Source: an uncultured bacterium (GTDB lineage: Bacteria > Joyebacterota > Joyebacteria > Joyebacterales > Joyebacteraceae). From it: a stretch of DNA of 64,000 nucleotides. This document shows, one piece after another, positions 29,398 to 38,204 of this stretch. Location of the stretch: the NCBI GenBank assembly GCA_964399265.1, contig CAYNQF010000002.1, positions 3,444 through 67,443 of the forward strand, given 5' to 3'. The stretch's first letter is position 1. The number at the start of each line of letters is the position of its first letter. The position numbers and the translations under genes were made by a program. The notes under the pieces are model-generated. The model was not told the DNA's origin, searched no databases, and saw nothing but the letters and a program-made list of their open reading frames with translations.

Positions 29398-31638
29398 CTA
29401 CTTAACGAGCATGACCTTGGAGGTCCGGGTCTCGTCCCCGGCCTCCAGGCGAACAAAGTACATGCCCGCGGCCACCGGGTTCCCCTCGCCGTCGACTCCG
29501 CTCCAGCCCGTCTCGTGTGGGCCTCCGGACTGCGTTCCGTCCTCTAGGACCGCGACTTCGCGTCCCGCGACGTCATAGATGCCTAGCCGGACATGCATGC
29601 GGAACGGCAGCGAGTACTGGATGGTCGTTGACGGCGTGAACGGGTTGGGGTAGCTCTGCTCCAGCCTGAGGCTCGAGCCTTCTCCTTCGTCTCCGTCGTC
29701 GGTTCCGGTGGTGTCCGCGAACTCGTAGACGGCGACTTGGTAGCCCGACAAGTGGAAGCCTCCCACCTCGTAGTCGGCATTGACCGTTACGTTCAGCGTG
29801 TCGCCGGGGTCCAGCAGGTTGACGAGCGTATGCTCGCCCGGGGCCAGACTCTGCGACGACCCGGTCAGGTTGACGCTCCCGAAGGCACTCGAAGAAGTGT
29901 TGGCGAGGCAGAGCACCGTCTGCTGCTCGTCGCTTCGGACGAACGCCAGGACGGGAGAGTCCGATGTTCCCAGCGGCACGTGCACACCCCTGCGGAGGGC
30001 GGGGGATTCGTTGCGGACGGCTATGAGTTCCTGATACCAGCGAAGCAGGGACCCGGAGTCCTGTAGTTCCGTCGCAACATTGTAGTCTACATAGTTGGAG
30101 TTGACCGCCCGCCATGGGGTTCCGGTAGTGAAGCCGGCATTCGCGCCCGCGGTCCACTGCATGGGAGTCCTGATGTTCAGGTGGTCGCCTGCTCCCGTCA
30201 TCCCGATCTCCTCGCCGTAGTAGACGAACGGGATGCCCGGCAGCGTCATGCAAATGCCCGCCGCGACCTTCGCCTTTCCTTCGCTCTCACCCAATACGCT
30301 GAACGTGCGGTCCTGGTCGTGGTTGGTGAGGAACGTTCCCCACTGCAGATACGGGTAGACGTGATAGACCTCGTTCGCCTTGTAGCCGAGCGCGCCAGCG
30401 TCGCCCCAGTTGACCGCGTTCAGCATTGAGTAGGAGAGGTCGAACTCGAAGCAGAAGTCGATCCTGTCGTCGGTCACGTACTGCTGGACGATGCTAGTCG
30501 ACGTCCACGCCTCGCCGACCGTCATCGCGTCCGGCCTTACGGCCTCGATGTACGTGTTGAAGTCGTGCCAGAACTCGAGCGTCTCCGGCGTGTTCTGAAG
30601 CTGGTCCCCGTCCTCGATGATGTAGAGCACCGCGTCGAGGCGGAACCCGTCGACACCGATCGTGTCCAGCCAGTACGCCGCGGTCTGGAACATGCTGTCC
30701 TTGACCGCCGGCGTCCGGTAGTTCAGGTCGGGCATGTCTCCGCCGAACAGCCCGTAGTACCAGTCCGAGCCGTCTCTGTGCCATACCTGCTGGCCCCAGG
30801 GACCCGTCTGGTCGGGGTCGTAGGACGACCATCGGAAGAAGTCGCGGTACTGCGCGTCTCCGGCGGCCGACTGCACGAACCACGGGTGCTCGTCGGAGCA
30901 GTGGTTCATGACGTAATCGATGATGACCTTGATGCCACGCGCATGCGCGGCCGCGAGGAACGTCCTGAAGTCGTCCATGGTCCCGTAGTCGGGATTGATA
31001 GAGCGATAGTCGACGGAGTCGTATCCGTGGTAGCTAGGGGAGTCGTTGATCGGCATGAGCCATATGCCGGTGATGCCTAGGTCGTCATGCGTGGACGGGT
31101 CACCGTCGTTCAGGTAGTCGAGCTTCTGCGTCAGTCCCTGGAAGTCGCCTGTGCCGTCACCGTCGCTGTCGTAGAAGCTCCTGACGAAGATCTCGTAGAA
31201 GACCCTGTCATTCCACCAGTGCAGCTCGCCCACGCCTCCGTTGGGCGCAAGGTCGTTGTACCAAACGAGTATCGTGTCGTTGTTCGATGGCACCGTGTAG
31301 AACCGGTTGTTGCCGACGCCCGGGAACTCCTCTGTTCCGTCCCACTCTCCGTTCATCCGGAACTTGTACTCGATCTGTTCGTATGGGGTGAAACCCGACA
31401 CGGTGACTCCGTATATCGTGTCGCCGTCGGCGTCGGAGAGAGGGGTGAGAGGGTCCGTCCCCCAGTCATTGAAGGTGCCCGCGACGTCTACGAAGTCGGT
31501 CGCCGGGTCGAAGTTGCCAATCTCGACCTGATAAGACATCCGGACGCGGAAGGTGATATCGACCGCGTGTGCGCTCGAGACGAACAGGAGCGCCAGCAGC
31601 ACGGCTGCCGCGGCGGCCCTCAGGTGCGTTCTGTTCAT
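29398..31638 (-). CDS. Secreted GH13 alpha-amylase-family glycoside hydrolase with N-terminal carbohydrate-binding module and C-terminal FlgD-like sorting domain
   Basis: Start at Met 'MNRTHLRAAAAAVLLALLFVSSAHA'; 'GVDGFRLDAV', 'IIDYVMNHCSDEHPWF' GH13 regions; C-terminal 'SYPNPFTPSTTIQY...IYDVAGREVAVL...GMYFVRL...KVMLVK'. Confidence 0.85.
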   Translation of the reverse strand: MNRTHLRAAAAAVLLALLFVSSAHAVDITFRVRMSYQVEIGNFDPATDFVDVAGTFNDWGTDPLTPLSDADGDTIYGVTVSGFTPYEQIEYKFRMNGEWDGTEEFPGVGNNRFYTVPSNNDTILVWYNDLAPNGGVGELHWWNDRVFYEIFVRSFYDSDGDGTGDFQGLTQKLDYLNDGDPSTHDDLGITGIWLMPINDSPSYHGYDSVDYRSINPDYGTMDDFRTFLAAAHARGIKVIIDYVMNHCSDEHPWFVQSAAGDAQYRDFFRWSSYDPDQTGPWGQQVWHRDGSDWYYGLFGGDMPDLNYRTPAVKDSMFQTAAYWLDTIGVDGFRLDAVLYIIEDGDQLQNTPETLEFWHDFNTYIEAVRPDAMTVGEAWTSTSIVQQYVTDDRIDFCFEFDLSYSMLNAVNWGDAGALGYKANEVYHVYPYLQWGTFLTNHDQDRTFSVLGESEGKAKVAAGICMTLPGIPFVYYGEEIGMTGAGDHLNIRTPMQWTAGANAGFTTGTPWRAVNSNYVDYNVATELQDSGSLLRWYQELIAVRNESPALRRGVHVPLGTSDSPVLAFVRSDEQQTVLCLANTSSSAFGSVNLTGSSQSLAPGEHTLVNLLDPGDTLNVTVNADYEVGGFHLSGYQVAVYEFADTTGTDDGDEGEGSSLRLEQSYPNPFTPSTTIQYSLPFRMHVRLGIYDVAGREVAVLEDGTQSGGPHETGWSGVDGEGNPVAAGMYFVRLEAGDETRTSKVMLVK

Positions 31639-31928
31639 CGGCGTTCCAGACCTTGTGTTGGGGATGAAGGCCAAGTTGCGTGTCTGCATACCATTATACA
31701 CCACATCCGCTCCCTCACACGGTCGTACCTGCGCCGGGCCATCGTCGCGGCGCAGCGACATGACCTGGCGGTACAGCGACAGGGCCTCGCGGCGCGCCGA
31801 CAGGGCCCAGCCGTCGGCCGCTGCGGCAGCGGGGGCGGTCGTCCGTGCGGTGCGTTGACATAGCTCGGGTCCGGTGGAATACTGAATGCTGGTGCTCGTC
31901 CCGCCTGCTGCCGAAAGGGGGCCGTCCG

Positions 31929-33089
31929 ATGACCAGACCTCTCTTCCTCTCACTCCTTCTCGCCCTTGTCTCGGCCGTTCAGGCCAACGCGAGTCTCATC
32001 GTCGTGGACCAGTCCGGAACCGGCGACTTCACAACGATCTCGGAGGGCGTCGGCGTGGCGGTCGTCGGCGACACGGTGCTCGTCATGCCGGGCGTCTACA
32101 CGGGTCCGCTCAACCGCAACATCGAGATGCACTACCTGATGGTCACGGCACCGGGCGGACCCGGGATCACGACCATAGACTGCGAGCACGCTGGGTACGC
32201 GTTCTATGCGTGGAACACAAGCATATCCGGGTTCACGGTCAGGCACGGCGTGGGCGTGCCTGAGGTGCAGTTCGGCGCCGTGTTCATCAGGGACGGGGAG
32301 CTGTCCGACTGCGTTCTGGAGGACAACGACTGCATGGGTCTCGTGACCTACGGCGGCAGCTCGATCACCGACTGTGTCTTCAGAGGCAATACGGACTACG
32401 GTGTGGAGCTGGGTCCGGAGGGGCTCATGGGCAGGAGCATGGTCAGCGACTGCCTCTTCGAAGGGAACGCGAGAGGCCTGCATGTCTACATGCCGGACAC
32501 CGGCAGGCCCATTCCACCGCGCTGGATCCTGGACTGCACCTTCATCGACAACGGTCTGCCTGTGGTCGCGGCCTACTACACGAGCCCGGTTGTTCAGAGG
32601 TGCGTTATCGCGGGCAACTACGGCAGCGGCAGCTGCATCGCATTGACGGCGAGCTACTGCGAACTGCGGCAGTGCACCATCGTCGGCAACGAGAGCAGCT
32701 CGGGAGCCGTCTTCCAGTTCGCCTCCGACGTGCACTACGACTGCGGCTGCTCGATAGCGTACAGCATCGTCGCCTTCAACTCGTGTCAGCAGCTGGCCGG
32801 CGGCATTCCCGGAGATTCCGCGTTCTCGAACGACTGCGTTTTCGGGAACGCGTGGGGGGACACATTCCCTGGTGACCTGAACTCGTCCGGCGTCGTCGCA
32901 GAGGATCCGCTGTTCTGCGACATGGACGCCGGCGACTACACGCTGTGCAGCAACTCACCCTGCCTTGCCGAGAACGAGCCCGAGGCCGTGGCCATGGGCG
33001 CATTCCCCGACGCGGCCGGGTGCCCCGCGTGCAACGGCTCACCGGTCCTCGACATCTCATGGGGAGTCATAAAGGCGCTGTTCAGGTAG
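31929..33089 (+). CDS. Secreted right-handed parallel beta-helix (pectate-lyase-fold) protein ending in the novel tail '...NGSPVLDISWGVIKALFR'
   Basis: Signal 'MTRPLFLSLLLALVSAVQA'; repeated 'xDCxFxGN' beta-helix rungs; C-terminal tail conserved with 19091 and 25844. Confidence 0.55.
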   Translation: MTRPLFLSLLLALVSAVQANASLIVVDQSGTGDFTTISEGVGVAVVGDTVLVMPGVYTGPLNRNIEMHYLMVTAPGGPGITTIDCEHAGYAFYAWNTSISGFTVRHGVGVPEVQFGAVFIRDGELSDCVLEDNDCMGLVTYGGSSITDCVFRGNTDYGVELGPEGLMGRSMVSDCLFEGNARGLHVYMPDTGRPIPPRWILDCTFIDNGLPVVAAYYTSPVVQRCVIAGNYGSGSCIALTASYCELRQCTIVGNESSSGAVFQFASDVHYDCGCSIAYSIVAFNSCQQLAGGIPGDSAFSNDCVFGNAWGDTFPGDLNSSGVVAEDPLFCDMDAGDYTLCSNSPCLAENEPEAVAMGAFPDAAGCPACNGSPVLDISWGVIKALFR

Positions 33090-33100
33090 GTCCCGAGCAC

Positions 33101-34321
33101 ATGGACGAGGGGGCACGAGTGGGCGTCTGGCAGAGACTCGGCGCGAGCAGGGAGCTGCTCGCGCTGTCCTTCGCCCGGATGGGCGATGGCGTGGGCAACA
33201 GCATACTCTTCGTGGTCATTCCGCTCTACATCTCCAAGCTGTCGGCGCCGCTGTTTCCGTATCCGGCGACCGTGCGGGCGGGGATCCTGGTCTCGCTCTT
33301 CGGACTCGTCTTCGGCATCACCCAGCCGTTGACGGGCGCTCTCGTCGACCGCCTCAACCGCAGGAAACCATTCGTGCTCGGAGGACTTCTTCTCCTGGCC
33401 GCCGCGACGGCCGCGTACACCTTGACCGAGCGATACGCATGGACGCTCGTCATTCGGGCGCTGCAAGGACTAGGGATGGCGGTGGCTCTCCCCGCGACGA
33501 TGGCCATTCTGACCAACACAACGCGGCGCGAGTCGCGCGGCGGTGCCATGGGCATCTTCAGCACCTTCCGTGTGGCCAGTCTGGCAGTCGGTCCCCTGAT
33601 GGGTGGGTATGTCTACGACCGCTTTGGGTTCAATGCGACCTTCTACACGGGCGCGGCGTTTATCCTCCTCGGGTTTCTCTTCGTTCAGATGTGGGTCAGA
33701 GAGGTGAGGGCCGTCGTCGGCGATGAGCAGAGAAAGACCGTGAGGGTCTTTGATCGGCGGCTGCTTTCGCGTCCCATCCTCTCGCTCGGTCTCGGGACTT
33801 TCGTGATGGCGAGTTCCATCGCGATGATCGTTCCGCTGGAGCAGATCTTCAACGCCAGGTTCGGAACGACGGCAACGGTGTTCGGTCTCGCGTTCAGCTC
33901 TCTGCTCGTTGCGAGGCTGCTGGTCCAGATACCTCTGGGTCATCTTTCGGATGAACGAGGACGCAAGCGGCTCATCGTCGGGGGGCTGGCGCTCCTCACC
34001 GTGTCGCTGTTGCCGATGGGATTCGTCAACGCCATGTGGCAGCTCATCGTGCTTCGGGTGGTGCAGGGTGTTGCCACCGGGGCGGTGGCCGCGCCGACCT
34101 TCGCCCTGGCGGGCGACCTCTCTTCGGCGGGAGGAGAGGGGCGTCAGATGAGCATCGTTACGATGGGCTTCGGACTCGGCGTCTCGATGGGAACGCTGGC
34201 GGCCGGCATCCTCGCCGTCTACTGGCTGCCGCTCCCGTTCCTCGTGGCTGCTGCTGCGAGCGTAGTGGCGGCGTGGGTGGTCCAGCGCAATGTGCCGGAG
34301 ACTGTGATCGTCCAAGCGTGA
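33101..34321 (+). CDS. MFS transporter
   Basis: 12 predicted TM segments; 'GxLxDRxxRRK' loop-2/3 motif ('VDRLNRRKPFVLGG'). Confidence 0.8.
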   Translation: MDEGARVGVWQRLGASRELLALSFARMGDGVGNSILFVVIPLYISKLSAPLFPYPATVRAGILVSLFGLVFGITQPLTGALVDRLNRRKPFVLGGLLLLAAATAAYTLTERYAWTLVIRALQGLGMAVALPATMAILTNTTRRESRGGAMGIFSTFRVASLAVGPLMGGYVYDRFGFNATFYTGAAFILLGFLFVQMWVREVRAVVGDEQRKTVRVFDRRLLSRPILSLGLGTFVMASSIAMIVPLEQIFNARFGTTATVFGLAFSSLLVARLLVQIPLGHLSDERGRKRLIVGGLALLTVSLLPMGFVNAMWQLIVLRVVQGVATGAVAAPTFALAGDLSSAGGEGRQMSIVTMGFGLGVSMGTLAAGILAVYWLPLPFLVAAAASVVAAWVVQRNVPETVIVQA

Positions 34322-34472
34322 GGACCGTCTCCCATCTTGGCCGCGCCGCTGAGCCACGACGCCGACGGGCCTGCGACAGGCGCCCGGGCGCAGGTCCTGC
34401 GCGCCTTGAGAACGCCGCCATTTCATGCTAAAATCTACAGATGAGGCTCTTTATGCCTGCGTAGGGAGGATC

Positions 34473-36695
34473 ATGCTCCGACGATCTCCTGCACTGCTTG
34501 CCATGCTGTTGCTGCTCGCCGTCGCGTCGTCGTCGGGGGCGGCCAATCCGTACAACGCACAGCTCTACTGGAGCGTCTACGAGAACCTCTTCCTGAAAGA
34601 CCAGGCCGGGGTCTCCGACGTCTACATCTCCGAATCTGAGCTTGCCGCCAACGTCGATTGGGTGGAGGCCAACCTCAAGGACCTCGGCTATACGACCGTG
34701 TGCATGGACGGTTGGGGCGACGTGTCGCAGGTCGACGAGAACGGCTACCGCACTTCCCACTCGAGCCACTGGACGCACGACTACGCCTGGTGGGCCGCCG
34801 AGCTCCAGAGTCGCGGGATGAACCTCGGGATGTACGACAACCCGCTCTGGATCCACATGAACGCGGTGGAGGACGGCGCCCTCGTCGTCGGCACCGACAT
34901 ACCCGTGGGCAGCCTCGTCGACTACGACGAGAACGCGCTCTGGTTCACCTGGGTCCAGGTCGACCGGCCCGGTGCAGAGGAGTACGTGAAGGGCTGCATC
35001 CAGCACTACGCCGACATGGGGATCAGATATCTGAGGGTCGACTTCCTGTCGTGGTTCGAGACGGGGTACGACCGGAACATGGGGACGGTCGGACCGTCAC
35101 GGCCGCACGAGTACTACGTGACGGCGCTCCGTTGGATGCGCGAGGCCTGCGACGCAAACGGCGTGTACCTGAGTCTCGTGATGCCCAACATGTTCAACGA
35201 GGCGGAGGTAGAGAGGCGGTACGGGCACTCCACCAGGATCAACGAAGATTGCTGGACCGGAGCCTGGTGGAGGTTCAGCGACAAGGACCGCGGGATACGC
35301 TTTCCCGAGTGGTCGCAGTACTCGACGGCCCTCGACGGATACACCTACTGGTCCCACATCGCGGGACGCGACTCCGTTGACCTTGACGGTGACTTCATCC
35401 GTCTCAACACGTTCGAGAGCGACAGCGAGAAGAGGAGCGTCGTGTCGGCGCACCTGATGGCCGGCGGTCCGGTGTCGATCGCGGACCAGTACGACACCAT
35501 CGGCGACGACCTCTGGCTGTACCAGAACGACGAGATGCTGGCGCTCAACCATGACGGGTTCACCGGCGCGCCCCTTACGAACGATCCCACTGACGAACGG
35601 AGCCAGGTGTGGACGGGTCAGATGTCGAACGGCGACTGGATCGTGGGGCTCTTCAACCGCGAGACTTCGATCCAGACGCGGTCGCTCGACTTCTCGGACC
35701 TTGGCATTGCGGGGGAGGCGTGCGTCCGGGACCTCTGGCAGCACGCGAGTCTGGGCTCGATGTCGTCGCTGACGGCGGACTTGGCGCCGCACGGTTGTCT
35801 GATCGCGAAGGTGAGGCAGGACGGCTGCAACTGCGACCGTCAGACCATCACGTTCGAGCCGATCGGCGACGTCGAGTACGGCGTCCCGGACTTCGAGCCG
35901 GACGCGACGGCCGACTCAGGGCTTCCCGTCGAGTTCGAGGTGGCGCTGGGCCCCGCGACCATCGTGGACGGCAAGGTGCATCTGACCGGACATGCGGGGA
36001 CCGTATCGGTCGTCGCCTATCAGCCGGGAGATGAGTCGCACTGCGCCGCGATGCCTGAGGTGCGGTCGTTCGAGGTCACCGGAGGACACCAGGACCAGAT
36101 GTACGTGGCGGGCACGTTCACGGGCTGGAGCCCGAACATTCCGATGACGCTGGTCGACGACATCTGGGTCGCAGAGGACGTGTACATAGGCGCCGGCTAC
36201 CAGGAGATGAAGTTCGCCAACACGAACGACTGGAGCGGCGACGACTGGGGCAACGCCGGCGGGCTGGCCGGGATCGCGCGGCTCGCGACGGGCGGCCAGC
36301 CGAACATCTCGTTCACCATGCCCGCGTCCGGGTCGTACGAGATCCGGTTCGACGACATACGTCTGGCCTACACGATCGGCGATGGCGGGACGAGCGTCGA
36401 TGGCGATGCACACGGCAGGCTGATGCTGGAGCAGAACGTCCCCAATCCGTTCAACCCGCGGACCGAGATCCGCTACGAACTCCCGGCGCCCGCCGGCGTC
36501 GATCTGACCGTCTACGACGTCTCGGGACGGTTGGTGCGCGAGCTCGTGTCCGGGGAGGCGCAGCGGGCAGGGGCGCACGCGGTCGAGTGGGACGGCGTCG
36601 ACGCCGCCGGCCGGCGGGTCGGCTCGGGCGTCTACCTCTACCGCCTGGAGGTCGGGAGAGACGTCCTGTCCCGCCGGATGGTGCTGTTGGAGTAA
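34473..36695 (+). CDS. Secreted GH27-like alpha-galactosidase (melibiase fold) with extra beta-sandwich/CBM region and C-terminal FlgD-like sorting domain
   Basis: Signal 'MLRRSPALLAMLLLLAVASSSGAA'; 'YLRVDF', 'VRDLWQHASLGSMSSLTADLAPHGCLIAKV' GH27 C-terminal-like; C-terminal 'NVPNPFNPRTEIRY...VYDVSGRLVREL...GVYLYRL...RMVLLE'. Confidence 0.65.
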   Translation: MLRRSPALLAMLLLLAVASSSGAANPYNAQLYWSVYENLFLKDQAGVSDVYISESELAANVDWVEANLKDLGYTTVCMDGWGDVSQVDENGYRTSHSSHWTHDYAWWAAELQSRGMNLGMYDNPLWIHMNAVEDGALVVGTDIPVGSLVDYDENALWFTWVQVDRPGAEEYVKGCIQHYADMGIRYLRVDFLSWFETGYDRNMGTVGPSRPHEYYVTALRWMREACDANGVYLSLVMPNMFNEAEVERRYGHSTRINEDCWTGAWWRFSDKDRGIRFPEWSQYSTALDGYTYWSHIAGRDSVDLDGDFIRLNTFESDSEKRSVVSAHLMAGGPVSIADQYDTIGDDLWLYQNDEMLALNHDGFTGAPLTNDPTDERSQVWTGQMSNGDWIVGLFNRETSIQTRSLDFSDLGIAGEACVRDLWQHASLGSMSSLTADLAPHGCLIAKVRQDGCNCDRQTITFEPIGDVEYGVPDFEPDATADSGLPVEFEVALGPATIVDGKVHLTGHAGTVSVVAYQPGDESHCAAMPEVRSFEVTGGHQDQMYVAGTFTGWSPNIPMTLVDDIWVAEDVYIGAGYQEMKFANTNDWSGDDWGNAGGLAGIARLATGGQPNISFTMPASGSYEIRFDDIRLAYTIGDGGTSVDGDAHGRLMLEQNVPNPFNPRTEIRYELPAPAGVDLTVYDVSGRLVRELVSGEAQRAGAHAVEWDGVDAAGRRVGSGVYLYRLEVGRDVLSRRMVLLE

Positions 36696-36721
36696 GGGGG
36701 CTCCCGGAAACGGGAACCCCC
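36696..36721. terminator. Bidirectional hairpin terminator gggggctcccg-gaaa-cgggaaccccc between convergent GH27 and amt genes
   Basis: 11-bp GC stem with GNRA-like loop immediately after the TAA at 36693-36695. Confidence 0.55.
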
Positions 36722-36781
36722 CAGGTTCCCTCGCTACGATACTCGGTTGTGCCCGCCGCGCTCGCGGCCGCCCTGCATCAA

Positions 36782-37984
36782 TTACTCGTACGCCGATTCG
36801 CCGTGCAGCGACTCGTCGAGGGTTCCTTCCTCGGTCTCGCTGGTCCTGACGGTCGTGATCTTGTCGATGATCCACAGCATGCCCCAGGTGAACCCGAACG
36901 CGTAGATGGACGACACGACCACCGAGAACAGCTGCTTCCAGAAGAACGAGGCGCCTCCGTAGAAGAGCCCGTTCGCCCCCGACGCGTTGATCGCCGTCGA
37001 GCCCAGCACCCCGAGCAGTATCACGCCAAGCGCGCCTCCGACACCGTGCACGCCCCAGACGTCGAGAGCGTCATCCCACTTGAGTCGGTTCTTGAGTTCG
37101 ACGGCCGAGTAGCAGACGAGACCGGCCGCGATGCCGATCAGTGCGGCGTTGGGTGTCGACACGTAGCCGGCCGCAGGTGTGATGGTAGCCAGTCCCGCCA
37201 CGGCTCCCGTCAGCAGACCGACGAAGCGCGGCTTCCTCGACCTGGACCATTCCACGATCATCCACGTGATCGCCGCGAAGGACGCGGCCACGTCGGTGTT
37301 GAGGAATGCCAGCGACGTGATCTGGTCCACGCGAAGTTCGCTGCCCGCGTTGAACCCGTACCATCCGAACCACAGGAGCCCCGTGCCGAGCGCGACGAGC
37401 GGGATGCTGTGAGGTTTGCTGTCCTCGACGCGCCTGCGTCCGACGAACAGCACCGACGCAAGCGCCGCCATTCCCGCGATGTTGTGAACCACGATCCCGC
37501 CCGCGAAGTCGAGCACCCCGAGCTTCGCCAGCAGGCCGCCGCCCCACACCATGTGAACGAACGGGAAGTAGACGAGAAGCAGCCACGCGACCAGGAAGAT
37601 GAGGTAGGCGGGGAAACGGACGCGGTTGGAGAATGCGCCGGTGATCAACGCGGGTGTGATGATGGCGAACATCATCTGATACGCGATGAAGACATATAGC
37701 GGGATGTGTCCGGCGCCGAAGGGCGTGCTCGGGTCTATGCCTCTCAGAAACGCCATGTCGAGGTTGCCGATGAACCCACCCTCGCCGCCGCTGAAACAGA
37801 GCGAATACCCGACGGCGAACCAGAGGATCGTGGTGATGCCCATCGAGACGAAGCTCTGGATCATGATAGACAGCACGTTCTTTCGCCCGACCAGTCCGCC
37901 GTAGAAGAACGCCAGGCCGGGGGTCATCAGCATCACGAGACTTGTCGCAAGAAGCATGAATGCGGTGTTGCCTGTGTCGAACAT
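36782..37984 (-). CDS. amt: Ammonium transporter (Amt family)
   Basis: 'MFDTGNTAFMLLATSLVMLMTPGLAFFYGG' and 'DFAGGxVVH' Amt signatures; GAGGAG RBS. Confidence 0.9.
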   Translation of the reverse strand: MFDTGNTAFMLLATSLVMLMTPGLAFFYGGLVGRKNVLSIMIQSFVSMGITTILWFAVGYSLCFSGGEGGFIGNLDMAFLRGIDPSTPFGAGHIPLYVFIAYQMMFAIITPALITGAFSNRVRFPAYLIFLVAWLLLVYFPFVHMVWGGGLLAKLGVLDFAGGIVVHNIAGMAALASVLFVGRRRVEDSKPHSIPLVALGTGLLWFGWYGFNAGSELRVDQITSLAFLNTDVAASFAAITWMIVEWSRSRKPRFVGLLTGAVAGLATITPAAGYVSTPNAALIGIAAGLVCYSAVELKNRLKWDDALDVWGVHGVGGALGVILLGVLGSTAINASGANGLFYGGASFFWKQLFSVVVSSIYAFGFTWGMLWIIDKITTVRTSETEEGTLDESLHGESAYE

Positions 37985-38114
37985 GAGCGTCTCCTCAGTG
38001 GACTGCGTTGGGCCGCTGTTTCCTGGCACCCTATGCTAGGCCTCCGCTAGGGCCGGGGCAACGGGAAACCGAAGGGAGAGCGGGTACTCCGCTGCGCGTA
38101 TCCGTATGTCCGGA

Positions 38115-38130
38115 TGGCACGTGGATTGCA
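38115..38130 (+). promoter_or_regulatory. sigma54 (RpoN) promoter TGGCAC-N5-TTGCA
   Basis: Perfect -24/-12 consensus at 38115-38130, about 75 nt upstream of the ATG 38205 of the hybrid kinase. Confidence 0.6.
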
Positions 38131-38204
38131 GTCTGCCGTCATAGTGGCCGTCGCTCAGAAGGCGTCGGCGTTTGCGTCGTGTCGCACCGAACCGGAGGAC
38201 CTTG

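Noticed and set aside
38023-38037. Second TGGCAC-containing sigma54-like site
   Set aside because: The spacing to a GC dinucleotide is wrong (8 instead of 10 nt) and it lies within the amt 5' region in an orientation that serves no gene.
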